Shown here piece after piece: positions 51,600 to 64,000 of a DNA stretch of 64,000 bases (within the stretch, counting starts at the first letter, position 1; every line of letters begins with the position of its first letter). Below the pieces are notes generated by a model that saw only the letters and a program-made list of their open reading frames with translations, was not told where the DNA came from and searched no databases. Source of the stretch: Pristiophorus japonicus (Eukaryota); NCBI RefSeq assembly GCF_044704955.1, contig NC_091977.1:239816001-239880000 (forward strand), read 5' to 3'. Position numbers and translations under genes: made by a program.

Positions 51600-53144
51600 C
51601 CGTCTTTTGCTATCCCAAGTAACTCCTTCTGTTGTTGTATTGTCAGTCGCATAAATGCTTCTATGAGGTCGTTATCTTGTGACAAGCCTGGTTTGTTGGC
51701 TGAATTGTATCCCTGGCTGCGTCCTCTTCCCCGGCCACAACCTTGCTGTTTTGCCCTGCACGTCTTGGCCCAGTGACCTTCTTTCCCATAATAATGACAT
51801 TTTCCGGGTAATTTTCTTAATAACTTTATCGGTATCCTGGGATTTCCATCCCATAGCCTGTACAGCTCGGACTTTAGCTCCCATATCCCGATCTAATTGG
51901 TTACATCGATCCACCAATGCTGCAAAGGTAGTTCCTCTACCTTCCCAGTCCGGTAACACTACCTTAAGCATTTTGGACAGTTCTGGCTTTTGACCTGCCA
52001 CGAAAGCTGCTTTCAGGGATCCAAACACTTGTTCATCCATTTCCTCATCCATATTATTCATACCCGAATGTTCTAGCCACGTGCATCTAAACCACTCGTC
52101 ATACTCCAGGACCTCCTCTGTTCCTTTCTGTTGGCAGGCTGCAATTTTTCCCCAGTCTGTCTTAGCTGGACTGAAGGCTTGCAGCCAGTGTTTAATCGCC
52201 TCCCATCCTGTGTCTAATTCTTGCTCATCCTGCCCCAAAGCTTCTTCTACCTTGTCGTGCAATTTTCTTCCCTGTGTTTTTGTCACCATTATGGTCAAAA
52301 TTTGCACTCCGTCCCAGGGATGAAGTTGATATATATTTCTTAAGCAGTCCAATTGGTCGCACGGTTTCACTCCCCCTTTCTTTGGATTGGACCATTTATC
52401 AATTTTCTCTGGGTCTGCCGGATCATGAACTAAGTATTTTTCGTACACCCTTTTCCTCGTTTTTTTGGTTCCGCCCTCATCCGCAGTCTCTTCTGATTTG
52501 ACTACAACTTGTCTTTTTTTAAATGGGGCAAAGGGCACCCCTAATTCTTCATCCTCCGACCCTGTATCGTCAGAGGATTCAGAATTCGTATCTATTCCTC
52601 GGTCGTGTCTTCGGGTTTGCGCTTTTAATTTATCCAAACATGGGTACCCTGGGAATTGACTGATACATTTTCCTTTTCCTATTACTGTCTCTTGACCGAA
52701 TGTTTTTTTCCATTCTTTAATTTCACCTTTAAGATCTTTAACTTCCGCTTCCAGCTTTTCAAGTTCAAGCTTTTTCTGTCGCAGCTGTGCACAAACTGCT
52801 TGCAATTGATCCTTTGTACTGGTCAGTTCTCGATCATGTTGGGAACGCATTATAATTTCATTCCAGTTTCGAATCTGTCCCATAACCGCTAGGGACCATC
52901 GGTTTCGCTCTTTATTTTTCATACGGGTCGTTTTTCCCCAGACCCTTTTAATCTCGTCCAAGGACCATTGTCCTATGGAGGTTCCATACTTTTGCTCAAT
53001 CTTAATACCGGTTTTAGATAAGTTGAATTGTTGCTCTATGTATTCTTTCAACTGTTCGAGAATTAAATCTAGCGAAACTTCATGTGGTGCCTGCCCACCT
53101 TTAACAGTTGTAGGCAATTCTTTGCTCTTATCTCCTGCTGCCAT
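51600..53144 (-). pseudogene. gag: gag of ERV-2
   Basis: 490-aa ORF from MAAGDKSK with a coiled coil and CA-like CQQKGTEEVLEY; frameshifted knuckle CHYYGKEGHWAKTC near 51770-51810. Confidence 0.85.
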
Positions 53145-53410
53145 AATACTGATTTCTTTACTAGGGTCTCGAGTCGTAGGCTTTCTAGCCGATCAATAGG
53201 TCGGTGATTAATTAACTAACACACCGCCGAAGTTTAGACGTCTATGGGATCTCGAGCCGACTACCAACCGGAGGGTTCGCAAACCGGAGGCTTTCGGAAA
53301 CGCGTAGAAGGAGAGGCGAATTTAGACTTTTGACCGAGGACTTTTATAAAGAGGAGTCCTTACCTCAGTATGTAGGTCCGATGTCCAAAATTCAGTTTCT
53401 TTCCTCAGCG

Positions 53411-53428
53411 ATCGTGTTCGTGACGCCA
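53411..53428 (-). promoter_or_regulatory. PBS, tRNA-Ser(CGA)
   Basis: ATCGTGTTCGTGACGCCA versus the tRNA 3' end ATCCTGTTCGTGACGCCA (17/18). Confidence 0.85.
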
Positions 53429-53432
53429 AAAT

Positions 53433-53784
53433 TGTTAGATCTCTTAATTTCCAATGAAATACGAACTCCGATTGTACTTTTAATGTCACTTTATTTTTGG
53501 CAGCAGTAACAAGCTTCTGGCTTTAAGCCAGGTCTTTGTCCTTCTGAGACCACATGGTCAAAATGGCTGTACTTATACCTGGATCAATTTACAGAAAAGA
53601 ACTCGCCTTCTTTGATCTTATTGGCTCAATTAATAATCTTTTAACCTTTTAATTGGCTCGCTACCCAAGGTCCTAAAATGTCAAGTTGATTGATGATTTA
53701 ATGCAACATGCTGAACTGCACATAGTCATTGGAGTCTGTGTTTTCTCAACCTGTCTAAATGCAGCCTGTTTGAATTCTCTATCA
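53433..53784 (-). repeat. 5' LTR of ERV-2
   Basis: Direct repeat of 46152-46503. Confidence 0.95.
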
Positions 53785-55523
53785 ACCTAATAAAACAGCT
53801 TAATTTTTAGAGCCACGTTGAAGGCCCCCAAACGAGTGCAATTAGTGGAAACTCGCCATGATGATTAATTCGATCTGGGGCACTGGCCAGTTTTGTGGGC
53901 GGGGCTGGCTTCCAACATGATGTTTTTTAAACCAGCGCAAAAGATCGCGGAAAATCAATTTGTGCTGGACGAAATTTGCACTTGGAATTCCTCAATCTTT
54001 TGCGCTGGGTTGGCCGATTTTGGGCAAACTGCACACCTACTGGAAACTCCAGGCCCTGGTGTTTGTGAGATTTAGTGGCACCAGAAAGGGGAATACTGGA
54101 TTTTGATAGCACTGCGAAGCTGGACCTGAACTTGGCAGACATTGGGCAATGGTCTAGGAGTTTAGCAGCACTATGGAGAATTTCCTGCAGTTCTGGGGCA
54201 CTGCCAATGGTGGTCCTGCAGTTTAGCAGCACATGGGGGTATCCTGGGCTTTGGCAATACTGAGGTGCAGCAGCACTGGCATCATTATTTAGCAGAACTG
54301 AATGGTGAAATGTGGGGCTTTTGGGTCGGTAGGGATGACTGAAATCTACTCGCACTCGATGGGGGTGGTGACGGCCGGGGGTGGGGGGATCTTTCAGCTT
54401 TGGGGATGTCTAGCAGAACTGTATGTGTGTGTTAAGGTCTAAGTAGCTATGATGATGATGATGAAGTAGCAGTGTGAAGGCATGCTTGGGGCATGGCAGC
54501 CCTGGAAAGGGCATGCACCATGATCTAAAAGGACCAGTAAGATCCCAGAAGCTAGCATAATCGATAGGGCTGGGGTTACCTCGGGTAACCTAAGATGGCA
54601 CTAAGACTGGGTATCCCAGGGTCTGTCAGCACAGGGCAGAAGGAGGGCTCCACAGATGTGGCAGCACTGGGAAGCAACAGGATCTGACAGCATTGTGGGG
54701 GCGGGAGCGGTTGTCCCTTAAGTCTGGCAATACTGGCAGGAGGGTCCCAGCGTTCAACAGCTCTGGTGAGTGATCCCAGGGCCATGCAGAAATTGGAGAA
54801 GGGAATCTTGGGGTCTATCCAGATTATGGTCTTTCCCTATCCGAAATAAGATCCCTGCACTGTGGCTCAGGATAATTCAGTGTGCTTTAATGCAGAAGCT
54901 TGCAGGTCATGCTTTTCAGTTTCAATTTTGTTACTGATTATGACTTGGTTTTATTGTTTGTTATGCGGTACTCGAGAGCCAGGATAAATTTCATGGCAGA
55001 CTGAGATTCTGTTAATGCACTTTCTATGAACAATCAACCGACTGCCAGCTGTATCACATTGCATTCCGCGAATACACTCAAAAGAAGTCTATCTTGGCAC
55101 TGGAGTTCAAACCATCACGTCTTCCAACCAAGATTATACTTGGTTTGTCTACAAAAGCTTCAGTTTGTCTTAGTCAAATAGAGGAGGGGTGGGGGAGGAT
55201 GAGAAGAATTTTTTTTTATGCAGCGAGTTGTTATGTTCTGGAATGCACTGTCTCAAAGGGTTATGGATGCAGATTCAAAAGCAATGTTCAAAGGGAATTG
55301 GATAAACACTTGAAAAGAAGAAATTTGCAGGGCTACGGGGAAAGAACGGCTTGGGAGGGTGGGGCGGTGGTGGTGATGGTAGACTAATTGGATAGCTCTT
55401 TCAAAGAGCCAGTACAGGCATACTGAGCTAAATGACCTCCTTCTGTGCTGTATAATTTATTCTATGATACTGGTCCTGTGATTTTTCAGGTGTTTTATTG
55501 AATAGATTGCAGCACAGATATAA

Positions 55524-55905
55524 AGACAGAAAGACTTGCATTCATATAGTGCCTTTCATGACCACAGGATATCCCAAAGCGCTTTACAGCGAATGAAGTA
55601 ATGTAAGTGTAGTCACTGTTGTAATGTAGGAAACGCTGCAACCAATTTGTGCACAGGAAGTTCCCACAAACAGCAATGTGATAATGACCAGATACTCTGT
55701 TTTAGTGATGTTGATTTAGGGAAAAGTATTGGCCAGGACACCGGGGGTAACTCACCTGCTCTTCTTCAAAATAGTGCCATGGGATCGTTTACATCCACCT
55801 GACAGGACAGACGAGGTCACGATTTTAACGTCTCATCCGTAAGATGACACCTCCAACAGTGCAGCACTCCCTCAGTGCTGCACTGGAGTGTCAGCCTAGA
55901 TTTTT
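55524..55905 (-). mobile_element. Deu-domain SINE (SacSINE1/AmnSINE1-like)
   Basis: AAAGACTTGCATT..CCCAAAGCGCTTTACAG..TGGCCAGGACACCGGGG..CTGCTCTTCTTCAAAATAGTGCCATGGGATC..AGTGCAGCACTCCCTCAG. Confidence 0.85.
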
Positions 55906-56123
55906 CTTATAGTGAACTCCATTGAGATGGTGAAAACATTTAAAATTAATAAAAAGAGAAATTTTTTACACAGACATTCCCACTGTCTGTAAATGTTTTC
56001 TGGGACTCCTGCAACAATGATTTTTGCAATTGAATACAGATCCACAATATTGCCACTTGTAATGCAAATTATTCCCGGACATTCACAATTCCTCTGTCAG
56101 GTGGGAATATTCAGGATGGAAAT

Positions 56124-59100
56124 TGTTATGCATGTAAACTTGTATTTACCTTGTCCAGCCACCAGAGGGCTCATCCCCTGGAGTCCCAAGGGATCCCATA
56201 ATCCCTTGGGAGCACAGGTACTTAAGGAGGCCTCACAGGTTGGAGAGGCACTCTGGAGACCTGCAATAAAAGACTACGGTCACACTTTACTTTGAGCTCA
56301 CAGTATCCAGTCAGACTCTTTCTTCATACATAACAACTGGTGACAAGGTACAGATAACGAACCCAACAATGCAGAGAACAGTGGGCATCCTGGAGGGAGA
56401 TGATTGGGAAACCTTCTTGGAGCGACTCGGCTAATACTTTATTATAACGAGCTAGAAGGAGAAGCAAATGCTGCCAAATGATGGCCGATTCTCCTCACTT
56501 CTCCTCCTTGCAGGGCACCAAAGTATGGCCTCATGAAAAATCTGCTTGCTCCTGTGAAACCCACAGAGAGATCGTACGATGATTTGTGCACACTGGTCCG
56601 GGAGCATCTGAACCCGAAGGAAAGCATTCTGATGGCGAGGTACCAGTTCTATACCTACAAAAGGTCTGAAGGCCAGGAAGTGGCGAGTTATATCGCCGAG
56701 CTAAGACGCCTTGCATAACATTGCGAATCTGAAGGACATTTGGAGAACATGTTCAGAGACTTTTTCGTACTTGGCATTGGCCATGAAACGATACTTCGCA
56801 AACTTATGACTGTAGAGACCCCAACCTTGAGTAAGGCCATAGTGATAGCCCAAGCGTTCATTACCACTAGAGACAATACGAAGCAAATCTCTCAGCAAAC
56901 GAGTGCGGATACAAGTACTGTGAACAAAGTGATGTTGTTTTCAAATCGCAACGTAGAAGGCAGGCCTCACATGCCTACAGCTGCATGTCCACAGATATCT
57001 CAGAATCCACCATCAAAGGTGATGAATGCAAAGCCATTAACACCTTGTTGGTGCTGTAGGGGTGATCATCGTTTCCATTCATGCCACTTCAAAGGGTAAG
57101 TTTGCAAGGGCTGTGGAACAATGGGACACCTCCAACGTATGTGCAGGCGAGCTGATAATCCTGTTAAACCTGCAAACCACCATGTTGCAGAGGAGGACAG
57201 ATCCACGGCAGATCACGACGAACCAGAGCCTCAGACCGAGGAGGCAGAAGTATATGGGTGCATACATTTACCAATAAGTGTCCCCCGATAATGCTGAAGG
57301 TTGAACTAAATGGACTCCCGGTGTCAATGGAGTTGGACACGGGCACGAGCCAGTCCATTATGAACAAAAAGACTTTTGAAAAATTGTGGTGCAGCAAGGC
57401 CTCAAGGCCAGTCTTCACTCCAATTCGCACAAAACTGAGAACTTACACAAAGAAAATGATTCCCATAATCGGCAGTGCTGCTGTAAAAGTCTCCTACGAT
57501 GGAGCAGTACATAAGCTATCACTATGGGTGGTACCGGGCGATGGTCCCACGCTGCTCAGCAGGAGCTGGCTGGAAAAGATACGCTGGAACTGGGATGGTG
57601 TCCGAGCGCTCTCGTCCGCTAACAACATTTTGTGTGCCCAGGTCTTAAACAAGTTGCCTTCGCTGTTCAAACCAGGCATCAGGAAGTTCCAAGGAGCAAA
57701 AGTGCAGATCCACCTAATTCCGGGGGCGCGACCCATCCATCACAAGGTGAGAGCAGTACTGTACACGATGAGAGAAAGGGTAGTGTTCGAGCAAGACCGG
57801 CTGCAATGAGAGGGCATCATTTCACCGATCAAATTCAACGAGTGGGCCAATTCGATTTTCCCAGTCCTCAAAGGGAGACGGCACCATCAGAATCTGTGGT
57901 GATTACAAAGTAACTATCAATCGTTTCTCCTTGCAGGACCAGTACCCACTACCAAAGGCTGACGACTTTTTTGCTACGCTGGCAGGAGGAAAGACGTTCA
58001 CAAAGCTGGACTTGACCTCGGCCTACATGACGCAGGAGCTGGAGGAATCATCGAAGGCCCTTGCCTGCATCAACACACACATAGGTCTCTTCAGTTACAA
58101 CAGATGCCCATTTGGAATTCAATCAGTGGCAGCGATATTGCAGAGAAACATGGAAAGCTTACTGAAGTCGGTCCCACGCACGGTGGTCTTCCAGGACGAT
58201 ATCTTGGCTACAGGTCGGGACACAAACGAGCATCTGCAGAACCTGGAGGAGGTTCTTAGTCGACACAACCATGTGGGGCTCAGGTTAAAACGCTCGAAGT
58301 TCATTTTCCTGGCGCCTGAAGTGGAATTCCTGGGGAGAAAAATTGCAGCGGACGGCATCAGGCCCACCGATTCGAAGACGGAGGCAATCGAGAATGCACC
58401 AAGGCCACAGAACGTGACAGAGCTGCGGTCATTTCTAGGACTCCTGAACTATTTTGATAACTTCTTACCGGGTCTCAGCACACTGTTAGAACCACTGCAC
58501 CCCTTACTGCGTAAAGGGGACGAATGGGTATGGGGCAAAAGCTAAGATAATGCCTTTGTAAAAGCTAGAAAATTGTTATGCTCAAACAAATTGCTTGTGT
58601 TGTATGATCCATGTAAGCGTTTGGTACTAGCATGTGATGCGTCGTCATATGGCGTCGGGTGTGTATTGCAGCAAGCTAATGATTCTGGGAAATTGCAACC
58701 AGTTGCTTATGCATCCAGGAATCTGTCGAAGGCTGAGAGAGCCGATAGCATGATTGAAAAAGAAGCGTTAGCATGTGTCTATGGGGTAAAGAAAATGCAT
58801 CAATACCTGTTTGAGGTAAAATTTGAATTGGAAACTTACCATAAGCCACTAATATCCCTGTTTTCCGAGAGTGAGGGGATAAATACTAATGCATCGGCCC
58901 ACATCCAGAGATGGGTGCTCACGTTGTCCGCATACAACTATGCTATCCGCCACAGGCCAGGCACAGAAAAATGTGCCGATGCTCTCAGCAGGCTGCCATT
59001 GCCCACCACGGGGGTGGAAATGGTGCAGCCCACAGATTTAGTCACGTTTATGGAAGCATTTGAGAGTGAGCAGTCAGCCATCACAGCCCGACAGATTAGA

Positions 59101-60682
59101 ACCTAGACGAGCCAGGACCCCTTACTGCCCCGAATTAAAAACTGTGTGCTTCACAGGAGCTGGTCCAGTGTCCCAGTGGAAATGCAGGAAGAGATAACGC
59201 CGTTCCAGCAGCGCAAAGATGAAATATATATACAGACAGATTGCCTTCTGTGAGGCAATCGGGTAGTGGTTCCCAAGAAGGGCAGAGACACCTTCATCCA
59301 CAGCACCCACCCAGGCATCGTAATGATGAAAGCGATAGCCAGATCCCATGTGTGGTGGCCCGGCATCGATGTGGACTTAGAGTCCTGTGTGCACAGATAT
59401 AACACATGCTTGCAGTTAAGTAATGCACCCAGGGAGGCGTCACTAAGTTTATGGTCTTGGCCCTCCAAACTGTGGTCTAGGGTACATGTCGACTAGGCAG
59501 GCCTGTTCTTGGGTAAAATGTTTCTTGTGTTTGTAGATGCATACTCCAAATGGATTGAATGTGAGATAATGTCGCCAAGCATGTCAGCTGCCACCACTGA
59601 AAGCCTGTGGGCCATGTTTGCCATGCACGGGCTACCCGATGTCCTTGTGAGCGACAACGGGCCATGTTTTACCAGTGCCGAGTTCAAAGAAGTTATGATC
59701 CGCAACGGGATCAAACATGTCACATCTGCCTTGTTCAAACCAGCACCCAATGGTCAGGCAGAGAGAGCAGTGCAAACCATCAAGCAGGGCTTGAAGAGGA
59801 TAACTGAAGGCTCACTGCATCTCATCTATCCCAAGTCCTACTTAGTTACCCCACGAGACCCCACTCGTTCACTGGGATTCCACCTGCTGAACTGCTCATG
59901 AAAAGGGTACTTAAGACAAGGCTCTCGTTAGTTCACCCTGATCTACATGAACAGGTAGAGAGCAGGCGGCTTCAACAAAGTGCATATCATGATAGCGCAA
60001 ATGTGTCACGTGAAATTTAAATCAATGATCCTGTATATTTATTGAATTATGGACAATGTCCCAAGTGGCTTCCCGGCACCTTTGAGGCCAAAGAAGGGAG
60101 CAGAGTGTTTCGGGTCAAACTTTCAAATAGACTCATTCACCGGAAACACTTGGACCAAATCAAACTCAGATTTACAGACTATCCTGAGCAACCCACTTTG
60201 GACCCTACCTTTTTTGATCCCCCAACATACACACCAGTGGCAACCGACACCACGGTTGGCCACGAAGCAGAACCCATTATCCGTGGCAGCCCAGCAGGAC
60301 TCACCACACCAGGCAGCCCAGCAAGGCCAGCTGCACAGCTGCCCAGCGAGTGTCTAATAGACGGTTCACCAATACCAGCATCTGCACTGAGACGATCAAC
60401 CAGGGAAAGAAGGGCCCCAGATCGTCTCACCTTGTAAATAGTTACACTGTTGACTTTGGCGGGGGGTGTGTTGTTATATATGTTACTTGTATTTACCTTG
60501 TATAGCCACCAGAGGGCTCATCCCCTGGAATCCCAAGTGATTCCATAATCCCTTGGCAGCACAGGTACTTAAGGAGGCCTCACAGGCTGGAGAGGCACTC
60601 TGGAGGCCTGAAATAAAAGACTACGGTCACACTTTACTTTGAGCTCACAGTATCCAGTCAGACTCTTTCTTTATACATGAAA
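56124..60682 (+). mobile_element. Ty3/Gypsy LTR retrotransposon, full length, degenerate; related to Gypsy-1 but with different LTRs
   Basis: LTRs 56124-56335 and 60472-60682; perfect TSD GAAAT; PBS TGGTGAC at 56338; G-rich PPT. Confidence 0.94.
56369..60437 (+). pseudogene. gag-pol: Gypsy-2 gag-pol
   Basis: MELDTGT; DQYPLP..LDLTSAY; FQDD; LACDASSYG; HSTHPG; SDNGPCF; NGQAER. Confidence 0.92.
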
Positions 60683-62164
60683 GAAATATATGGGGTCAGA
60701 ACAAAAGATGCTATTTAAATTAGCCTGTTTTCTGTCTATCTCATCCACAAGAATTTACTTCACTTAAATGAACACAAATGGTGATGTCTCCATTGGCTGA
60801 TTGTATTGCAGCACTGACATTCACCACAGAGATTGCGGCAACCTGTACTATGCTACTCTGTTGCCTCAACAAAAAGTAGCAGGAAGTTAAAACAGGAGAA
60901 TGCAACAGTTTAAAAAAGTTACATGCAATGAGTCCAACAATGCAAATACTGACAATTGGACTGCAAGGAAGAAATTCAAATTAAATTGAAATCCAATCAA
61001 TCACAATTAAATGTAGTTGAATTAATTCAAGCAAACAAACCACTGGCCGGGAATTTCCTTGCGGTTTCTCTTGTTTTGCCCCTGTAACTTTGAGGATCTT
61101 TGTGGCATTGCACCATTGTTTTACAATTATTTATTTCATCTGCTCTATGTGTTGCATTAAAAAAAACACTCATTTTCCCTTCAAATGGCAGACCATTTAA
61201 GAACTACAACTGCAGCCAATATTCCTTCCACCCCTTTGGTTGAGTTAGTGCTCGGGAGGCCCAACCAGGTCGAGAGCTCGCACTGCCAATCTAATTCAGG
61301 TAAACTTCAAAAGATTTGGTAGGGGGCCATGACCAGAAATTCTACCCTTAAAAGAAGAAATGTTCTTCTGGAGGACATCAAACATCTGATTGTTACAAAT
61401 TTGTGGTGGTTAATCATAGAACCATATGACACAGAATGAAGGATATTTCACCCATCGTGCCTGTGCTGGCTTTCTGATAGAGCTATCCAATTAGTCCCAT
61501 TCCCCCAGCTCTTTCTCCGTAGCTCTGGAACTTTTTACCCGTTCAAGAATTGATCCAATCCTCTTTTGAAGGTTATCATTGAATCTGCTTCCACCATCCT
61601 TTCAGGCAGTGTGTTCCAGATCATCACAACTCACTGATGGGATGAATTTTCACAAGTATTAGGTAATTGTCCAAAATATAGTCATCCAAATGAGTGTCAA
61701 AGCTACGAGTCCCATTCTACTTTTGGGAGATATCGAACATAGAGGTCTGGAGATTGTTTCTGCTATTGCAATTGGAAGGATCATATAATCTTAATGTCTG
61801 CAATAAAGCGTTTCACCAAAAAAGGAACAACTTAACAAGCCATTGAAGCTGTATTTCAGGCTTTATTTTTGTCCAATCAATTCATCTATGTTTGGTCTAA
61901 ATATGTTATTTTTCTTCTGTGTTCCCTATCCTTATCCCTGGGCTGCCAAAAGCAAATAAACAACAATGCCCGCATTAAAACAGCTAAATGTATCTGCTAA
62001 TATTGCCAACAGTAGTTTCTAGGTTGGAGAGATAATCCGGCAGACATGCATGCTGATCCAATGCTCTCAAAGGCTGGTTGGACAACCCACATAATTTGTG
62101 AGAAAAGCAAGAAATTGTCTTCACGGAAAGAAAAAGAAAGAAAGAAAAAGGAAATAGAAAGCAG

Positions 62165-63510
62165 GTTAATAAGGCTAAAACAAGCAAACCAAGCACTGGG
62201 GTTCATTTCTAGAGGGATAGGAATGAAAAGCAGAGAAGTTATGTTAAACTTGTATCAAAGCTTGGTTAGACCACACTTGGAGTACTGTGCACAGTTCTAT
62301 TCTCCATATAACAAAAGGACATGGAGGCACTGGAGAAGGTGCAAAAAAGATTTACTAGGATGACAACAGAACTGAGAGCTTATACCTATCAGGAAAAACT
62401 GAACAGGGTGAGTATTCTCTAGAAGAGGAAAAGCCTGATCGAGGTCTTTAAGAATATGAAAGGGTTTAATAGGGTAGATGTAGAGAAGATGTTTCCACTT
62501 GTGGGCGAGACCAGAAATAGGGGCCATAAATATAATGGGGCTAAACTTCTGGCATCGCCGGGTCTGTACAGAATACATAACGACCCAGCAAGGCCTTGTA
62601 AAAAATGGTTTTCGGCTCACAATGCGGATGGGCCGAAAACCGGCTTTTCCGATCTGTCAAGTTTTGGCTTGACAGATCCTCCGCATCCCCGCAGCCAGAA
62701 CACATTTGCCCGGGCGAGATTGGGCTATTTGCCCAACTCTTGCCCAGCGAATGTCCTTAAAACTCTTGTGCCTGATAAAAGCAGGCGCATAGCCTACTTT
62801 TACCAGCATAAGAGTTTTAAAACATAGAAAAATAAAATTTAAAAACACATTTTTATATAAAAAAAACCCTGTCCACTAAGGTAAGTTTATTTTAAACCCT
62901 AATTGAAACACAAAAAAAAATCCAAAAAAAAATATTTTTTCCAAAACATTTCATTAACTTTAATTTCAATTAATGTTAAATTTGTGAGGTTTTTAAAACA
63001 ATGCTATGTTGTGTTTGGGTATGGGGGGGGGGGAGTGGTGGTTCTCATTGATAATAATGGGAGCTCGTACTTATGGAGTTCCTATTATTATCAATGAGAA
63101 TACTGTACTTTCATTGGTTGTCCAGTGCCTTGCGACTCCAGCTTCTCCCTCCATATCTCCAAGACGTGAATGCGCTCCAATGCGCAGGAAGAAAAGGCCT
63201 CAGAACGGAATCGCTGGAGGTCGCAGGAGCAAAGGTAGGTGCGGATCTTTTTTCTTATTTTCAGGTGAGCATCCGTTGGAAACTCAGCACCGGGATTTCA
63301 GGGCCAACATGGTCACTAATAAATCCAATAGGAAATTCAGGAGAAACTTATTTACCAGAGAATGGTTTGAACGTGGAACTCATGACCACAAGGAGTAGTT
63401 AAGGTGAATAGGTTGGATGCATTGGAAGTTGGATAAGTACATAAGGGAGAAAGGAATAGAAGGATATGCTGATAGGATGAGATAAAGTAGGGTAGGAGGA
63501 GGTATGTATG
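62165..63510 (+). mobile_element. Old CR1 3' fragment interrupted by a non-coding insert of about 770 bp (62536-63305, probable MITE)
   Basis: LYQSLVRPHLEYC; MKGFNRVDVEKMFPLVGETRNRGHKY ends at the insert and VTNKSNRKFRRN resumes after it. Confidence 0.75.
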
Positions 63511-64000
63511 GCACATACAACAACAACTTATATTTATATAGCACCTTTAACATAGTAAAACGTCCCAAGTGTAGGGGGTAGTCTCGGGGGTAGGTTCACT
63601 TCTGACCTTCTGAGTTTCAAATCACTCCCACTCCCTGGGTTCTAGACTTTAGATTTATTTGGGGATGTGACAAAGTGCAAATGACAACTGGTTTTGGTGC
63701 AAGAAACTTTGATTTTATTTTGGAAAGAAAATACAATGTCAAAACTTACAATCTCTCGTATAAGGAACATTTGATTACACATACAAAAGGGGTTACAGAA
63801 GATAATACACCTCCCACCTCCTACTGCCTAAATCTTTCTTGGTTAAATTCTAGGACAACAGGGATAATGCTCACAATCCTCTTATTCACAGCTAGCGGAG
63901 GTTCGCCATTTTGGGGTTCGTTGGATTTTGTAGGTTCTGCTTGCCGTACCCCGAGCATCGTGGAAGATTTCTCACTGCATAGTCTTCAGTTGGGTGGTGT

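Larger units (their letters stand above)
46152..53784 (-). mobile_element. Full-length ERV (class III/SnRV-like pol, gamma-type env)
   Basis: 352-bp LTRs; TSD ACCAA/ACCTA; PBS; PPT AAAGGGGGGAT; gag-pro-pol-env. Confidence 0.93.
45700..53858. mobile_element. Probable MITE of about 0.5 kb, split by the ERV at 46152-53784
   Basis: Inverted repeat GAGTTTCCACT (45703-45713) / AGTGGAAACTC (53844-53854); AT-rich non-coding interior. Confidence 0.45.

Overview
This is eukaryotic, almost entirely repeat-derived DNA, most likely from a cartilaginous fish (inferred from the SacSINE1/AmnSINE1-type Deu-SINEs and the CR1 LINE types). No intact host gene, RNA gene or CRISPR array is visible. It contains four LTR elements with both LTRs and target-site duplications. 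Two are Gypsy elements (12619-17361 and 56124-60682, + strand). One is a class-III/SnRV-like ERV with a gamma-type env (46152-53784, - strand). The most interesting is a 10.4 kb lokiretrovirus-like provirus (21419-31848, - strand) with 1.2 kb LTRs, an Arg PBS, a coiled-coil Gag, tether plus RNase H, and an Env resembling a Mononegavirales-type F fusion protein preceded by a probable Ig-like domain. Also present are a third ERV 5' end, a Harbinger transposon, CR1/L2/RTE LINEs, an RTE-derived bipartite element with a tandem Pol III B-box array, and about 6 kb of a CpG-decayed (TGTCR)n satellite that explains the Cys/Val/Met/His-rich ORFs. All family assignments come from motif recognition by eye; no searches were run.
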